From an uncultured Candidatus Saccharibacteria bacterium (GTDB lineage: Bacteria > Patescibacteriota > Minisyncoccia > 2-02-FULL-40-12 > GWA2-44-9), in NCBI GenBank assembly GCA_964356795.1, contig CAYHIK010000004.1, forward strand, positions 2,743 through 66,742: DNA of 64,000 nt, in the 5' to 3' direction. Position 1 is the first letter of the stretch; every line of letters begins with the position of its first letter. Shown piece by piece: positions 19,879 to 30,600 of this stretch. A model generated the notes under the pieces. It was not told where the DNA came from, searched no databases, and was given only the letters and a program-made list of their open reading frames with translations. A program made the position numbers and the translations under genes.

Positions 19879-21818
19879 GACTTCTCCTTCTGAATGCGTT
19901 GCGCAACGATGGTCGCGATGTCCATGATGGGCACCGACGAACCACGCGCGCTCGCCGCATCAGCCAACATGACAGGACAGTGCGGACACGCGGTCGCGAT
20001 GATATCCGGCTTCGTCTCCATTAGTGCATCGAATCTCGCATAGTTCATGCGCAACTCTGCGGGACGCGACTCATCGAGCACCACCGACTGTCCACCACCC
20101 GCACCGCAACACGTCGAATGACGACCGTGTTCAACTGGCTCACGAACATCAGAGCTCACCTGATGCAAGATATCCCGCGGAGGCTGTGTGACATCGAGTC
20201 CACGACCCAACTTACAGGGATCATGATACGCAATGGCAATCGCCTCTGGAGTAATCCGAAGCTGTGCCATATGTTCAGCGATGAACACCGTGTGAGGAAT
20301 CACTTCGATGTCGAGCTTAGGGTACTCGGGATGTTGTCGGGCATGATCGATGCCAATCATGCCTGCACAGTGCGGATCGCATACGATGATATGGTAAACT
20401 CCTTGTTCAACAAACAGCTCGATGAGTCGAGGCGCAATCTCCAGCATCGGCTCCGCAGCGTTTCCCAGTTGGTGCTGTGTCTCGCCACAGCATATCTCCG
20501 TCTCGAGAACGCCCCACGAAACTCCAAGCGTATCGAGAATCACCTTCATGCTCCGAGCAATCTCTGGCTTGTTGTATCCGACGCCACAGCCGAGCCATAG
20601 AAGATACTGCATCCCCTCTACAAACAGTGGGAATGCCCCACCCTCCACCAACTCTTGCCGCGACTTCGCAAACGGCCACGCAGAGTACGGGGGCTTCTTC
20701 ATGGGACCGAGACGCTTTGCAACACGCTCAAGCGTGAGCTCGTCGTTGTTTATAAGTCCGTGGCGGAGATCGAGAATTATGCCCACGTGCTCGATACCGA
20801 CCGGGCACGCCTCTTCGCATGCACCGCACGTCGTACAATCCATGAGGTCGCCCTCACGGATGAAATCGAGAATACGACCATCACCACGCGCGAGTCCATG
20901 TTGCATATCGAGGATGATACGCTTCGGGTCCAACGAACTTCCTGAGCGGTTTGCGGGACACACCGTTGTACACCGACCACACTCGACGCACGACTGCAGG
21001 TCGAGCAGATTCTTCCGTGAAAGCTCACTGAATTGAGTGAGCCCCAATTCAGTAGGAGCACCATCTTCGTCTACATCAAGTGGACGCATCCGGCTCGTCG
21101 TAAACGAACGGAAGAAAATCGCAATAGGTGCGAGCACCAGGTGAAGATGCTTCGATCGAACGATGACGGGCGGAAACGCAACGAGTGCGAGGGTATGAAT
21201 CCACCACACTGCGAGTGACCCGAATGACCCAGGTTCATAGACCTGAACCCAATCCATCAGATACGTCGCCATGAGCGCCACGATGAGAGCCGTGACAATT
21301 GCGGACGACACAGACACCTCGCCCAAGACAGTAGGGCGCAGCACGAATCGCCTGAATGCGAGAGAAGCCATCGCCGCGATAACTAGCATCGCAAACAATG
21401 CAACTCCTACACGATACACGCTATCGAAGTGCACCTCGGTGATGCTTCCTGTGAGCCCCGACCAGAGATGCATGAGGCTCACGCCGCTGAATGCGACGAA
21501 GCCCCACATGACAACGCCGTGCAAGAGCCCCACAATCGGCCGATTTCGAATCACCCGCGATTGAAAGAGCACCTCACCAACGGTCCGGAGAATCCGGCGA
21601 CCCACGTCGGTGAAATCGAGGTCATTCCGACTCGGCATCCTGAAGTACGGGATGCGAATCGAAACCCCGAAAGGCTTACTGGACGGCTCCCAGATGCCCT
21701 GAAAAGGCCCCAGGCGAGCCAATATTCCACGATAGGTAGCATACGCGCTCACCACGCAAAGCGTTACGACAATGATGCTTACCAGCATGTACAAGACTCC
21801 TTGTAAAAGGACGCACAA
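19875..21818 (-). CDS. Membrane-bound Fe-S oxidoreductase, HdrED/DsrMK-like fusion (NarI-type membrane domain, 4Fe-4S dicluster, two CCG domains)
   Basis: N-terminal about 5 TM helices; CVECGRCTTVCP and CTTCGACEEACP (2x[4Fe-4S]); CCG motifs CCGETQ and CCGAGGG plus CDPHC/CPHCP. Confidence 0.65.
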   Translation of the reverse strand: MCVLLQGVLYMLVSIIVVTLCVVSAYATYRGILARLGPFQGIWEPSSKPFGVSIRIPYFRMPSRNDLDFTDVGRRILRTVGEVLFQSRVIRNRPIVGLLHGVVMWGFVAFSGVSLMHLWSGLTGSITEVHFDSVYRVGVALFAMLVIAAMASLAFRRFVLRPTVLGEVSVSSAIVTALIVALMATYLMDWVQVYEPGSFGSLAVWWIHTLALVAFPPVIVRSKHLHLVLAPIAIFFRSFTTSRMRPLDVDEDGAPTELGLTQFSELSRKNLLDLQSCVECGRCTTVCPANRSGSSLDPKRIILDMQHGLARGDGRILDFIREGDLMDCTTCGACEEACPVGIEHVGIILDLRHGLINNDELTLERVAKRLGPMKKPPYSAWPFAKSRQELVEGGAFPLFVEGMQYLLWLGCGVGYNKPEIARSMKVILDTLGVSWGVLETEICCGETQHQLGNAAEPMLEIAPRLIELFVEQGVYHIIVCDPHCAGMIGIDHARQHPEYPKLDIEVIPHTVFIAEHMAQLRITPEAIAIAYHDPCKLGRGLDVTQPPRDILHQVSSDVREPVEHGRHSTCCGAGGGQSVVLDESRPAELRMNYARFDALMETKPDIIATACPHCPVMLADAASARGSSVPIMDIATIVAQRIQKEKS

Positions 21819-21854
21819 AGTCTACATATTTATTGACAAAGTGTCAATTCTTTT

Positions 21855-23087
21855 TCAGGCATTGCTTCCCGCCACAAACCCCGTTGTCCAGCACAGTTGG
21901 AGGGAGTACCCGCCCGATGGGCGAGTGATGTGGAGTAAATCCCCTGTTACGAATACATTGGGAACTCGAAGCGATCGCATTGTTTTCATATCAATCTCTT
22001 CAAGCGAGACTCCACCGTCCGCGATAACCGCACGATCACTCCCCATAAGGCCAGAAATTGATACGGGGAGCGCCTTGAGCGTGTCGATAATCTTCCGTCG
22101 CTGTTCTTTTGTGATGCTATGCACCTTGGCATCAGATTGAATATCGCCCAAGAGCGGCAGTATCGCGGGCCCCGACCCTTCGGGCGCAATCTCATTCCAC
22201 ACATTCTTCAGTTCTTTATTTTTGTTTGCATCAAATACGGCCACGATACGCGCATCATACGCTCCGATATCCTCACGCGGATACGCATCAATAACCGCCG
22301 TCACCTCCCCCGCGTGAAGCAGGTCAGCAATTACTCCAGCCGAATTCAGTATGCGTGGGCCCGAGAGGCCAAAATGCGTGCAGAGGATATCTCCATCTAT
22401 TGAGATGTTCTTTATGCCATCGAGGAATACGTTCATCCGCACACCTCGGAGCACCACGCCCGCAAGGCGGTGTATCCATTCATCAGTGGTTGCAAGGGGC
22501 ACAATAGTTGGAGTCGATTCTCGCACCGTGTGGCCAAGCATCGCAAGCCACGAGAATCCATCGCCCGTGGAACCCGTCTCCGGATGAGAAGTTCCACCAG
22601 TTGCGAGTATGTATGAATCCGCCTCGAGACGCTCCCCATTCACCATGACCGCCGAAATACGTCCGTCGAGCATGTTCACACGCTCAACCCGAGCATTCGT
22701 GCGCACCTCAACACCCTGGCGTTTCATGTACTGCTTCAGCGCCTCGACAACATCACCCGCCTGCTCTGATACGGGGAATACGCGCCGATGAGCCTGTGTG
22801 ACGAGCGAGACTCCCAGTGATTCGAAAAATGAAAATGTCTGCTCAACTCCAAATTGCGCAAATGACGAATACAGAAATGGCTTCGCTACACCGTAGTGCC
22901 CAAGAAGTGCATGAATATCGGGCTCATGATTCGTAATATTACACCTTCCGCCACCGGTAATGCTTAACTTCGCGCCGACATCGGCGTTCTTTTCTAGGAG
23001 AAGCACGCCCCGCCCACGTTCAGCTGCGCGCCCAGCCGCTATCATACCAGACGCGCCACCCCCAATGACAATAACGTCAAATTTCAT
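21855..23087 (-). CDS. FAD-dependent oxidoreductase, BaiN/YhiN (HI0933) family
   Basis: MKFDVIVIGGGASGMIAA (Rossmann GxGxxG); GGGRCNITN motif is diagnostic for HI0933-like proteins. Confidence 0.8.
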   Translation of the reverse strand: MKFDVIVIGGGASGMIAAGRAAERGRGVLLLEKNADVGAKLSITGGGRCNITNHEPDIHALLGHYGVAKPFLYSSFAQFGVEQTFSFFESLGVSLVTQAHRRVFPVSEQAGDVVEALKQYMKRQGVEVRTNARVERVNMLDGRISAVMVNGERLEADSYILATGGTSHPETGSTGDGFSWLAMLGHTVRESTPTIVPLATTDEWIHRLAGVVLRGVRMNVFLDGIKNISIDGDILCTHFGLSGPRILNSAGVIADLLHAGEVTAVIDAYPREDIGAYDARIVAVFDANKNKELKNVWNEIAPEGSGPAILPLLGDIQSDAKVHSITKEQRRKIIDTLKALPVSISGLMGSDRAVIADGGVSLEEIDMKTMRSLRVPNVFVTGDLLHITRPSGGYSLQLCWTTGFVAGSNA

Positions 23088-23141
23088 ATGTATATTCTAT
23101 CAAGTTATAGAAATGGCGACCACGAATGGTCGCCACTGCAT

Positions 23142-23774
23142 TTACTGAATCCTCTGTGCAAAGAACGTAAGCCACGTCGTGCTATCTTCCGGAGAAAGCT
23201 TTCTGCGACAACTATCGAGGACGTAGAATCCCTGCGCGCGCAGCGTCGCTACGAACTCACCCTGCTGCCAGAACGAGAAGAAACGGTCGGTCCCTGGAAG
23301 TGGGCCGGGAACCATCCGCTCGCCGACCCCCTCTTTCATTGCGATGAATCCGACTCCGCTCGGGCGCAGTACCCGGTGCACTTCACTCAACACTCTTCCG
23401 ATGTAATACCTCGGAATGTGCAGGAGCGAAGCAGCCGCCCAGAACCCATCGAACATGCCGCCCGCAAACGGGAGTGTATACACGTCGCCACGCGTGAATG
23501 ACGCATCGGGCGCAAGCTTCCGCGCCTCTGCGAGCATCTCGCACGAGATGTCGACGCCAGTGTATCTGAAGCCCACACTTGGGAGAAGTACCGCATCACG
23601 CCCAGCACCGCACCCGATATCCAATACGCGTCCACGGCGCGGCACATACCACGAGAGATCCCGCGCCTCGGACTCCCACCTCTCCGGATTCCCTGCGACG
23701 ATGTTGCGCTCGTGCGCAAGTACTCCGTATGCACGCGCGAGCTCGCCTGTGTAGCGCAATGGCCTAGCGGACAC
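23142..23774 (-). CDS. Class I SAM-dependent methyltransferase
   Basis: VLDIGCGAGRD (motif I), acidic motif II GVDIS, motif III LRPSGV. GTG start, overlapped by the stop of a 16-aa uORF. Confidence 0.7.
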   Translation of the reverse strand: MSARPLRYTGELARAYGVLAHERNIVAGNPERWESEARDLSWYVPRRGRVLDIGCGAGRDAVLLPSVGFRYTGVDISCEMLAEARKLAPDASFTRGDVYTLPFAGGMFDGFWAAASLLHIPRYYIGRVLSEVHRVLRPSGVGFIAMKEGVGERMVPGPLPGTDRFFSFWQQGEFVATLRAQGFYVLDSCRRKLSPEDSTTWLTFFAQRIQ

Positions 23775-23905
23775 GGGTCACCATGGAGCGCATGCCGATC
23801 GATATGAGACACATATTGCCTCCTCAAAAAAAGAGCACAAGTAATTATTGTACATTATTTTATGTCAATGTCAAATAATAGAGCCTCGGGGGTACCCTCT
23901 CTTTT

Positions 23906-24397
23906 TTACGGCTGCTCGACTTCAGTGAGCGCCCCATCGATAAGGCGGAGATACCGCGAGACTCCGCGCGATGGGCGCGTCGTAAACGGCTCCCCTGGAT
24001 TTCGCTCTGCATAGTTCGCAATCAATATGCCGTCTCGAATCTCGACGGTCTGTGGTGCGATGCGGTCACCCATGAGAAATGAATTCGTGCCATACCATTT
24101 CCCCTCATCGTATATCGCGGCGGTAATATAGTAGAACGTACCCGAACCCTCACTTGCGCGCACAAGCACGACACCCGCATCATTCGTACCATCACCATTC
24201 AAATCTCCGTACGTTGGCTCACCGAACATGGCGACATCGCCCAATGACCCGTCGCTCAAAGAAGTATCAACTCCTTCGATTTGATATGTAGCATTCTTTG
24301 GATTCCACGCACCGATGCGTGAATCATCAGTCATCTGCCAATACGCAACCCCGCCAATCACAGCTACGAGAAGGAGGAAAATAATGATTCGTTTCAT
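23906..24397 (-). CDS. Secreted hypothetical protein
   Basis: Signal peptide MKRIIIFLLLVAVIGGVA; Gly/Asp-rich; no catalytic motif. Confidence 0.4.
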   Translation of the reverse strand: MKRIIIFLLLVAVIGGVAYWQMTDDSRIGAWNPKNATYQIEGVDTSLSDGSLGDVAMFGEPTYGDLNGDGTNDAGVVLVRASEGSGTFYYITAAIYDEGKWYGTNSFLMGDRIAPQTVEIRDGILIANYAERNPGEPFTTRPSRGVSRYLRLIDGALTEVEQP

Positions 24398-24470
24398 ATA
24401 TCTATGCTACTCTGTTCGTAACTATTTTACAAAAAAGTCCCCCGCCAAAGCGGAGGACTCGCTCCTACCA

Positions 24471-24665
24471 CTACTCTTTCTTCTCGAGCACCCACTCGTG
24501 CTGCGGATCGGCGATGAATGTCTGAGTCATTCTCACATCCGCAAGATAGGATCCTTCAAGAATACTTCTGACAAGCCATCCTCCAGGCACCTTCATTCGG
24601 GATGTCAACGCCATATTTTTCCGTCCACAATTCAAAGGAAATATGGACGAATCAATCGTTTCCCA
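24471..24665 (-). CDS. Small hypothetical protein (64 aa), coupled to the upstream ORF
   Basis: ATG 2 nt after the upstream TAG, with GGAGGAGGGG inside the upstream stop region; terminator hairpin downstream (24418-24445). Confidence 0.3.
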   Translation of the reverse strand, partial: WETIDSSIFPLNCGRKNMALTSRMKVPGGWLVRSILEGSYLADVRMTQTFIADPQHEWVLEKKE

Positions 24666-24670
24666 CATGA

Positions 24671-24907
24671 CTACCCCTCCTCCTGTGCCAGATCCGTCCA
24701 GAACCACTCGATCATCTCGGTGACACCCTCGCCGGTCACTCGAGGCCGATATTCGCTCTTCTCCCACGTGTCGCGATTCGTGAAGTTCGCGACTTCCAGA
24801 GGAAGAGCCTTGAAACCGGGAATGAGTGGTGCATTCGAGAACACGCGAAGCATCCGTGCCTTGTTGTCGAATATCACCAGCAGCCCATCGCCCACCGGGT
24901 TGAGCAT
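24671..24907 (-). CDS. Small hypothetical protein (78 aa)
   Basis: Start MLNPVGDG with GGAGGT 6 nt upstream; sits between two coupled ORFs. Confidence 0.3.
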   Translation of the reverse strand: MLNPVGDGLLVIFDNKARMLRVFSNAPLIPGFKALPLEVANFTNRDTWEKSEYRPRVTGEGVTEMIEWFWTDLAQEEG

Positions 24908-24966
24908 CGCGTACCTCCATTGCGATAATACCACGTTTTTATCGCAATGTAAATAATCACCCGCTC

Positions 24967-25431
24967 CTACCCCTTGAGAAACTTTAGCCGCATCAGCGGG
25001 AAGTGGCACACATAGAACGCGGGGTGCTCCTCGCCAATCGCCTCGACGACTTCTTGCGTCTCTGCCTCCCAGCGCGAATCACAGCACATGAGGTCCGATT
25101 GTGCGAGACATGCCATCGCCTCATCTCTTGTCCGGAAGAGCCCCACGATGCACGACGTGCGCCCACCCCAGTACTGCATATTCACGAATTCGATGCGCTG
25201 TTCAAACGACGTCAGTCCGCCGCCTTCGGGAACGTAGACAGTGAGAAAATCACAGATAGCAACGCGTGTGCCACCGCGCAGGTACACGCCCACATCCACT
25301 TTGCTCTCGCTTTTCACCGAGATTTTCTGCACGCTCGGATAGCCATTCCGCGCAGAATCCGAGGCACGCACGTGATACACCGACGTCCGCGTGACCGCAA
25401 AAAACTCCTGTAATGCTTCGCTCACAGGCAC
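24967..25431 (-). CDS. Hypothetical protein (154 aa)
   Basis: Long ORF co-directional with and tightly spaced from the SelO-like gene; no motif recognised. Confidence 0.35.
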   Translation of the reverse strand: MPVSEALQEFFAVTRTSVYHVRASDSARNGYPSVQKISVKSESKVDVGVYLRGGTRVAICDFLTVYVPEGGGLTSFEQRIEFVNMQYWGGRTSCIVGLFRTRDEAMACLAQSDLMCCDSRWEAETQEVVEAIGEEHPAFYVCHFPLMRLKFLKG

Positions 25432-25477
25432 CTCCGCCGATGGTATACACCATTATAGGTCACCGAGCAATTGCGCA

Positions 25478-26776
25478 CTAGATCTGAATATCCCAATCTT
25501 CAACCTCATTATGGAGCAATGGCGGAAGACTCCCCCCTTTTACGATAACCACATCAAAAATCTTCTCCATCCAAAGATGTGTGTGCTCAGGTTCCGCCTC
25601 CTCAGTGGCAATTTTTTCTGGATTGAATACTTGGTCGAATCCCTCAAAAAATGCTCGGCGAAGCTGCTCAGCATCTCCCCAATGAAGACCGGCACGCTCT
25701 CCAGCGCGAATAAGCATCCGGAGGCCATAGCACATGTCGCGCATATCTTTGAGTGATTCGCGTCGCACGCCACTGTACTTTCTAATCTTTGCCGCATCAT
25801 CTTCTTCGCTCCAGTGACTAATGGTGCCAATATCTACAATTTCCGCGGCAAGCGTGACATTTGCGGAATGCATTGCACCGTGCGCAAATCCATCGTTCAG
25901 TAATACCGCCATATTTCTACCCATGCTCTTATAAAACTCAGCGAAGAACGCCTCCTCATGCTCGGGATTTCCAATACTAAGATTAATCATGGATCTTCTC
26001 GTATCTTGACTCTCGAGATTAAAAATCTGAAACGCCCGTTCAAAGAGTGCCCGACTACGCTCAGAGTCTGATTGCGCAGCCTCTGCAATTCTATTATTCA
26101 TCTTCAACAACCGGACAGCTTGACTGGGTTCGAAGTCTTCGCGCGGGGAAATAATTCCACGCGCCCGAAGTTCTGGGACGGTCAGCATAACCCCACGGAA
26201 AGGGAGTCGCTTCACGCTTGCAACCGCCCAATATAATTCACAGCGCAATCCTCGCCCAAGGAGCATCTCTGATTTCGCCATAATATCTCCCCGACTATTC
26301 TCCCCGCTTGAGACGAACCCAAGTACACGGTATCCGTGGTCCTCAACGCTCTCCTTGTTTTTGATTGTCCATGTATCGTATTCCTCAAAGGGAAGGCCTT
26401 TCGCAGAAATCTTCGTGTACCCAACACCCTTCGTGTTCACCGTATAGAAGTGTACGGGGTGCGAGCTACCGCTATCAGACGGAATTTCAACGTGAGCATG
26501 CACACCATGCTCGCTAATAACCCTCCAGTGAGGCGCCTCCACCACTCGAGTCACCGATCCAGCACTCGGACTTATAAACACAAAAAAATCATGAATGTCT
26601 CGATCGGAGTGCACCCGCTCGTTTTTTTGCTCAATAGCATAATCGTCCCCCTCTTTCAGCACCATAAACCGCTCAGGCCGTGGTTCAATGCCAGCTATTT
26701 CACGCCCCACAAAACCATCGAGCTCTTTTAGTGCGGGTCGCGGCGCCTGGCGCTCTCGTTGCATACGTTCATTCAT
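25478..26776 (-). CDS. Divergent SelO/YdiU (UPF0061)-like kinase-fold protein, a putative AMPylase-like enzyme
   Basis: TKGVGYTKISAKG resembles the SelO LKGAG.TPYSR motif; FAHGAMHSANVTLAAEIVDIGT resembles SelO [22 protein letters not shown]. Weak, motif-level only. Confidence 0.4.
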   Translation of the reverse strand: MNERMQRERQAPRPALKELDGFVGREIAGIEPRPERFMVLKEGDDYAIEQKNERVHSDRDIHDFFVFISPSAGSVTRVVEAPHWRVISEHGVHAHVEIPSDSGSSHPVHFYTVNTKGVGYTKISAKGLPFEEYDTWTIKNKESVEDHGYRVLGFVSSGENSRGDIMAKSEMLLGRGLRCELYWAVASVKRLPFRGVMLTVPELRARGIISPREDFEPSQAVRLLKMNNRIAEAAQSDSERSRALFERAFQIFNLESQDTRRSMINLSIGNPEHEEAFFAEFYKSMGRNMAVLLNDGFAHGAMHSANVTLAAEIVDIGTISHWSEEDDAAKIRKYSGVRRESLKDMRDMCYGLRMLIRAGERAGLHWGDAEQLRRAFFEGFDQVFNPEKIATEEAEPEHTHLWMEKIFDVVIVKGGSLPPLLHNEVEDWDIQI

Positions 26777-26790
26777 AGTATAGATGCGTA

Positions 26791-27609
26791 TTATCTCAAA
26801 AATCCTTTTCGCTGAATCTCGGACTGTAGCTCTACATCCTCTTTCGGTGCAAGCCTCATAATCTTTGTAGGAGCGATATCTTGAAACAGCTCACGACCCC
26901 GATCTAGGCGAACCTCCTCCGCGCGAAGTTCTGGATCAAGAGCAATCACGTCAGTTAATGCTCCATCTTCATACAATAATGACACACCACGCGGCACCGC
27001 AATACCACTCGGAAGCTCATTATTACGAATTGCATCCGCGAGGACTGCTCGACGATATGTATCCTCCGGCTCAAAGTGGGGAATGTAGCTCCCCTTCAAA
27101 AATCCGAGCGTATTGCGAATAGGCGAAAGCTCAGGACCAAACGAATCCGTAAGACCACCCTCGAACCAACACATCGCCCCCGCACTCTTTCCACTCAATA
27201 CAATCCCCGATTCATACGCCTCTTTGAGCATGGGGCGTAGTCTATGCGTATCCCAAACGGCAAGCATGTTGGCGGTATTCCCACCGCCAACATAAATGAG
27301 GTCATGCGACAAGATAAATGCTCGCATGCGCTCTTCGGAAAGCTGTCGATCAAAGAGAGAGAGCACGTTTACATGGCAATGACGCTCCATGTTTGCATAC
27401 TTCATCCCTAAAATATCATCGAGACTCTCCCCGCTTGCAGTCGGCACATATAAGACCTCTGGATATGGGACACCCGTACGCGACAAAAGCCAATTATTGA
27501 ACTCCCGCGAATCAGCATTCTCAAGCCCCATCCCACTCCCGACACAGATAATTTGTTGCTTAGCTAATGTGCTCATGTGGTTTTCTGTAGCGTCCAGTCG
27601 CCGTGCCAT
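26791..27609 (-). CDS. Peptidase family S51 (peptidase E/cyanophycinase-like)
   Basis: YVGGGNTANML and the nucleophile motif SGKSAGAM; His in YIPHFEPE. Confidence 0.65.
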   Translation of the reverse strand: MARRLDATENHMSTLAKQQIICVGSGMGLENADSREFNNWLLSRTGVPYPEVLYVPTASGESLDDILGMKYANMERHCHVNVLSLFDRQLSEERMRAFILSHDLIYVGGGNTANMLAVWDTHRLRPMLKEAYESGIVLSGKSAGAMCWFEGGLTDSFGPELSPIRNTLGFLKGSYIPHFEPEDTYRRAVLADAIRNNELPSGIAVPRGVSLLYEDGALTDVIALDPELRAEEVRLDRGRELFQDIAPTKIMRLAPKEDVELQSEIQRKGFLR

Positions 27610-30600
27610 GTCTCATTGCCATCAGCATCCATCTCCCAAATAACGACCGCTGGCGTATCCCCCCGCTTGTCATGTACCATATAGCTATTGAAAGTCGTCT
27701 CGTTGGTTCGCACCAATCCCATAGGACGACAATGTTTAAATCGTGCGCGATATACATCATTGATCGGTTGTCGATTTGTAGACGCCATGCCACGCATGTC
27801 CATCGGAATTGCTACGACGGCATGCGAATCCCACAGAGTAACGCTCCCACCCGCTCGCATGCGCTCCGCCCGCATACGTCGCGCCGTGGCAATCGCCTCC
27901 TTCAGCGAGCTCAACACGAACGCGTCAGCGTCGAGCGTTCGGATAAAGTTTTCCGTTGGATTATTCGCGCGCACCACAAGCACGGGCACTTTTGATTCTT
28001 TAGATTTCGCCATAATTGCGAGCACCGAACCACGAAGCTCCTCGTTGTCCTTACCTCGGTTTGATGCATACACCCACGTTCGTAGATTGGGGTACTCGCC
28101 CTCTGCGATTTCTCGATGCCGTGAAGTGTGGCACGAATCACCTAAATCGCCTGAAAAAATATGGAGCAAGCCAGAAACGGGCACCAGTGAAACTGAAACT
28201 GATTTCACTGGCTGACTAGTTCCGACCCCAAGGATGTCATCGAGCTTTCGCTTGAGAGCAGTAATCGGCAGATAGCCAGTACGCGGATCGAGTTTTTGAA
28301 GCCACACCTGATTAAGCTTCTCGAGTAGTGCAGGAGAGAATGGCGTGTGCTCAGTATGGTCTGGGTCCTGGAAGTGGTGCAAATAATGCTCTTCGATATA
28401 ATCCTTAGAAAGCGCGTGGACGCCGTATATCCTTTCTGCTGTTGGTTCATCATCCCTCCAAAGCGCGAGCGTCGCTACAACATCTCCCCAATTTGTACTC
28501 TCCATAGTCTGTAACGCATGAACCGCGGAAAGCGCGCGAATGTCCTTAGCGAGCGAGATGGGTCCGTCGAGCTCAGCCATTGACTCTAAGGCTGCGACGA
28601 TATCGGGCTCTCCTTGCTCGCTTTCATACAACACATCCAGAATCGTTTGGATGTTTTTACTCATCTCCTTGAGCGCACCAGCCTGCCGCTCGATACCGAT
28701 ACGGCCTCTTGGATTCTGCAACGCCTTTGACTTCCGAATAAGCTCCTGTTTCTTTTTTAGGTCCCCCTCGTCACGAATAGCTATCTCGATTTCTTCAGGG
28801 GCACTCGCAAGAAGCGAACGGAGTGTGTTTTCTTCATCAAGAAGACGATGATGCGCGGAATCAAGTAAATCCAAAACAGAAAATAACCCGGCATCACCCC
28901 ATGCTTCTGCAAGTGGCTCGTACACATCGACCACCTCTTGGCTTACCAGGAATGCAGAGAGCGCCTCTGACTGGTCTTTGGATTTCTCCCGCGCTTGGCG
29001 TGCGAGCGGAATATCCATGCTCGCCTCCTGGAATCCGATGGGAAGCTTCGCGAGCGCCGGACGAAGGCGCACCGTTTTGCGATACGCATCAAGAATATCG
29101 GACACGCTATCGCCTCGCTCAAACTGTGTCGTCCCCTTGAGCCGACTGAACAATTCCTCCCCAAGTGAAGACTCGATACCCCCAGGAATCTCGTCCTTCA
29201 ACATCGTAGACTGCATGGTTCCGAGCGATTTATATACAGCATTAAACAGCTCAAGTGAGTCCTTGAAGCGCCATCCTCCGCTTTTTCGCCTCGCTTCTAT
29301 CCCAAATTCGGAGCACTCCTCCAGAGACTCCCCAGAGAGCGAGTCGAGATTGCGATGCCTTTGACAGTCTGCGTAGAATCGAAAGAGTGCGGGGGTGTTG
29401 CGCATCCCAACTAATTCCACAAACGATACGAGCATCGCCATATCGTCCTTGTTCTCCACACGAACCACGCCACTGCTGGTGAGCTCCTTCAGGAGTGGTA
29501 TGAATTCAGAAGTCCACGGATCATTCGCAACATTCTGAGCAAAGCCCTGTATGTTCGCTATCCTAGAAAGGGCGCCAAAGAACGGATCATGCTGAATGGC
29601 GCTCCGTATCAAAGACATCTCATCGGGGTACTCGCGCGACAACGTATCGTCGTTGAGATTTTTTAATATAGCGACCGCCTGCCCTGGATCGCTATATGCC
29701 GATTTTAGAACCGCCGAGCCGAGGCTATCAATGCGAGCTCGAGATCCGAGCAGTTTCAGTTTTCCAAACGCAGAAGCAAGGAGATTACTCTTAGTACCTG
29801 GGAGTTCGTACGCGATAATCTTCCCTACAATGCAAGTCATGAGCTCTGGCGAAGGGACGTATTGGTCTACTTCTAACAGGCCCGCGATGTGGCCATCGCC
29901 ACGCGCGCGGTCAAATAGTTCAGTCGCAAGAGTCTCGAACTCTGCGTCTGTCGAGGCAAACCCAGCGGAAACCACGTTATGAAATGCCTTGAGGCGCTCA
30001 AGGGTGGGGTAGAATCCCAACGTACGCATACCCCGTATCAGCGCGATATATGCATGCTGCATTTCACCGCTGTGCTTTGTAAAGTCAGGGCGAATGGAAG
30101 TCACGCGCCGTACGACATCTATCGGATTCGGCATACTCGAGAAACGACATAGAGAAATAATAAGCTCCACAACCTGTTTCTCGCTAAAGTCTGACTCGAT
30201 GCCAGAAACATCCCGAAGCGCAATGAGGTCTTGCGGTGTGTTGGGTATTTCTTTTCGAATGCCCTCACGAAGCCGTGAATATCGCTCATGAATCGCATCT
30301 TTGTAGAGAGAAAAATCAGGCTCGATACCCGTAAGTTCTGCGGCTAATCGAATGACGTCAGTCATCCGTAGATTCGGCGAGCGAAGCCATGTCTTATAAC
30401 GCGCATGCATCTTTGACGCTTCGATACGCGGGCGGATAGCAGTTGCCTCAAGGAGCCGCACTGCAGCATCGAGCTGTAGTTGTCGTCCGTAATGGTACTG
30501 ATACGTAAGCCCCTCCGCCTGAAGAATAATGTCCTCGTATTGCTGTTGAATTGCTGGCTCAATAGCTTCGAAATTCGGCTCAATGCCCGTAATTTCCTGG

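Noticed and set aside
24471-24907. The two small ORFs (24671-24907 and 24471-24665) considered as one frameshifted gene
   Set aside because: The downstream ORF has its own ATG, placed 2 nt after the upstream TAG and 8 nt downstream of GGAGGAGG. That is consistent with translational coupling of two genes, although a frameshift cannot be excluded without orthologs.
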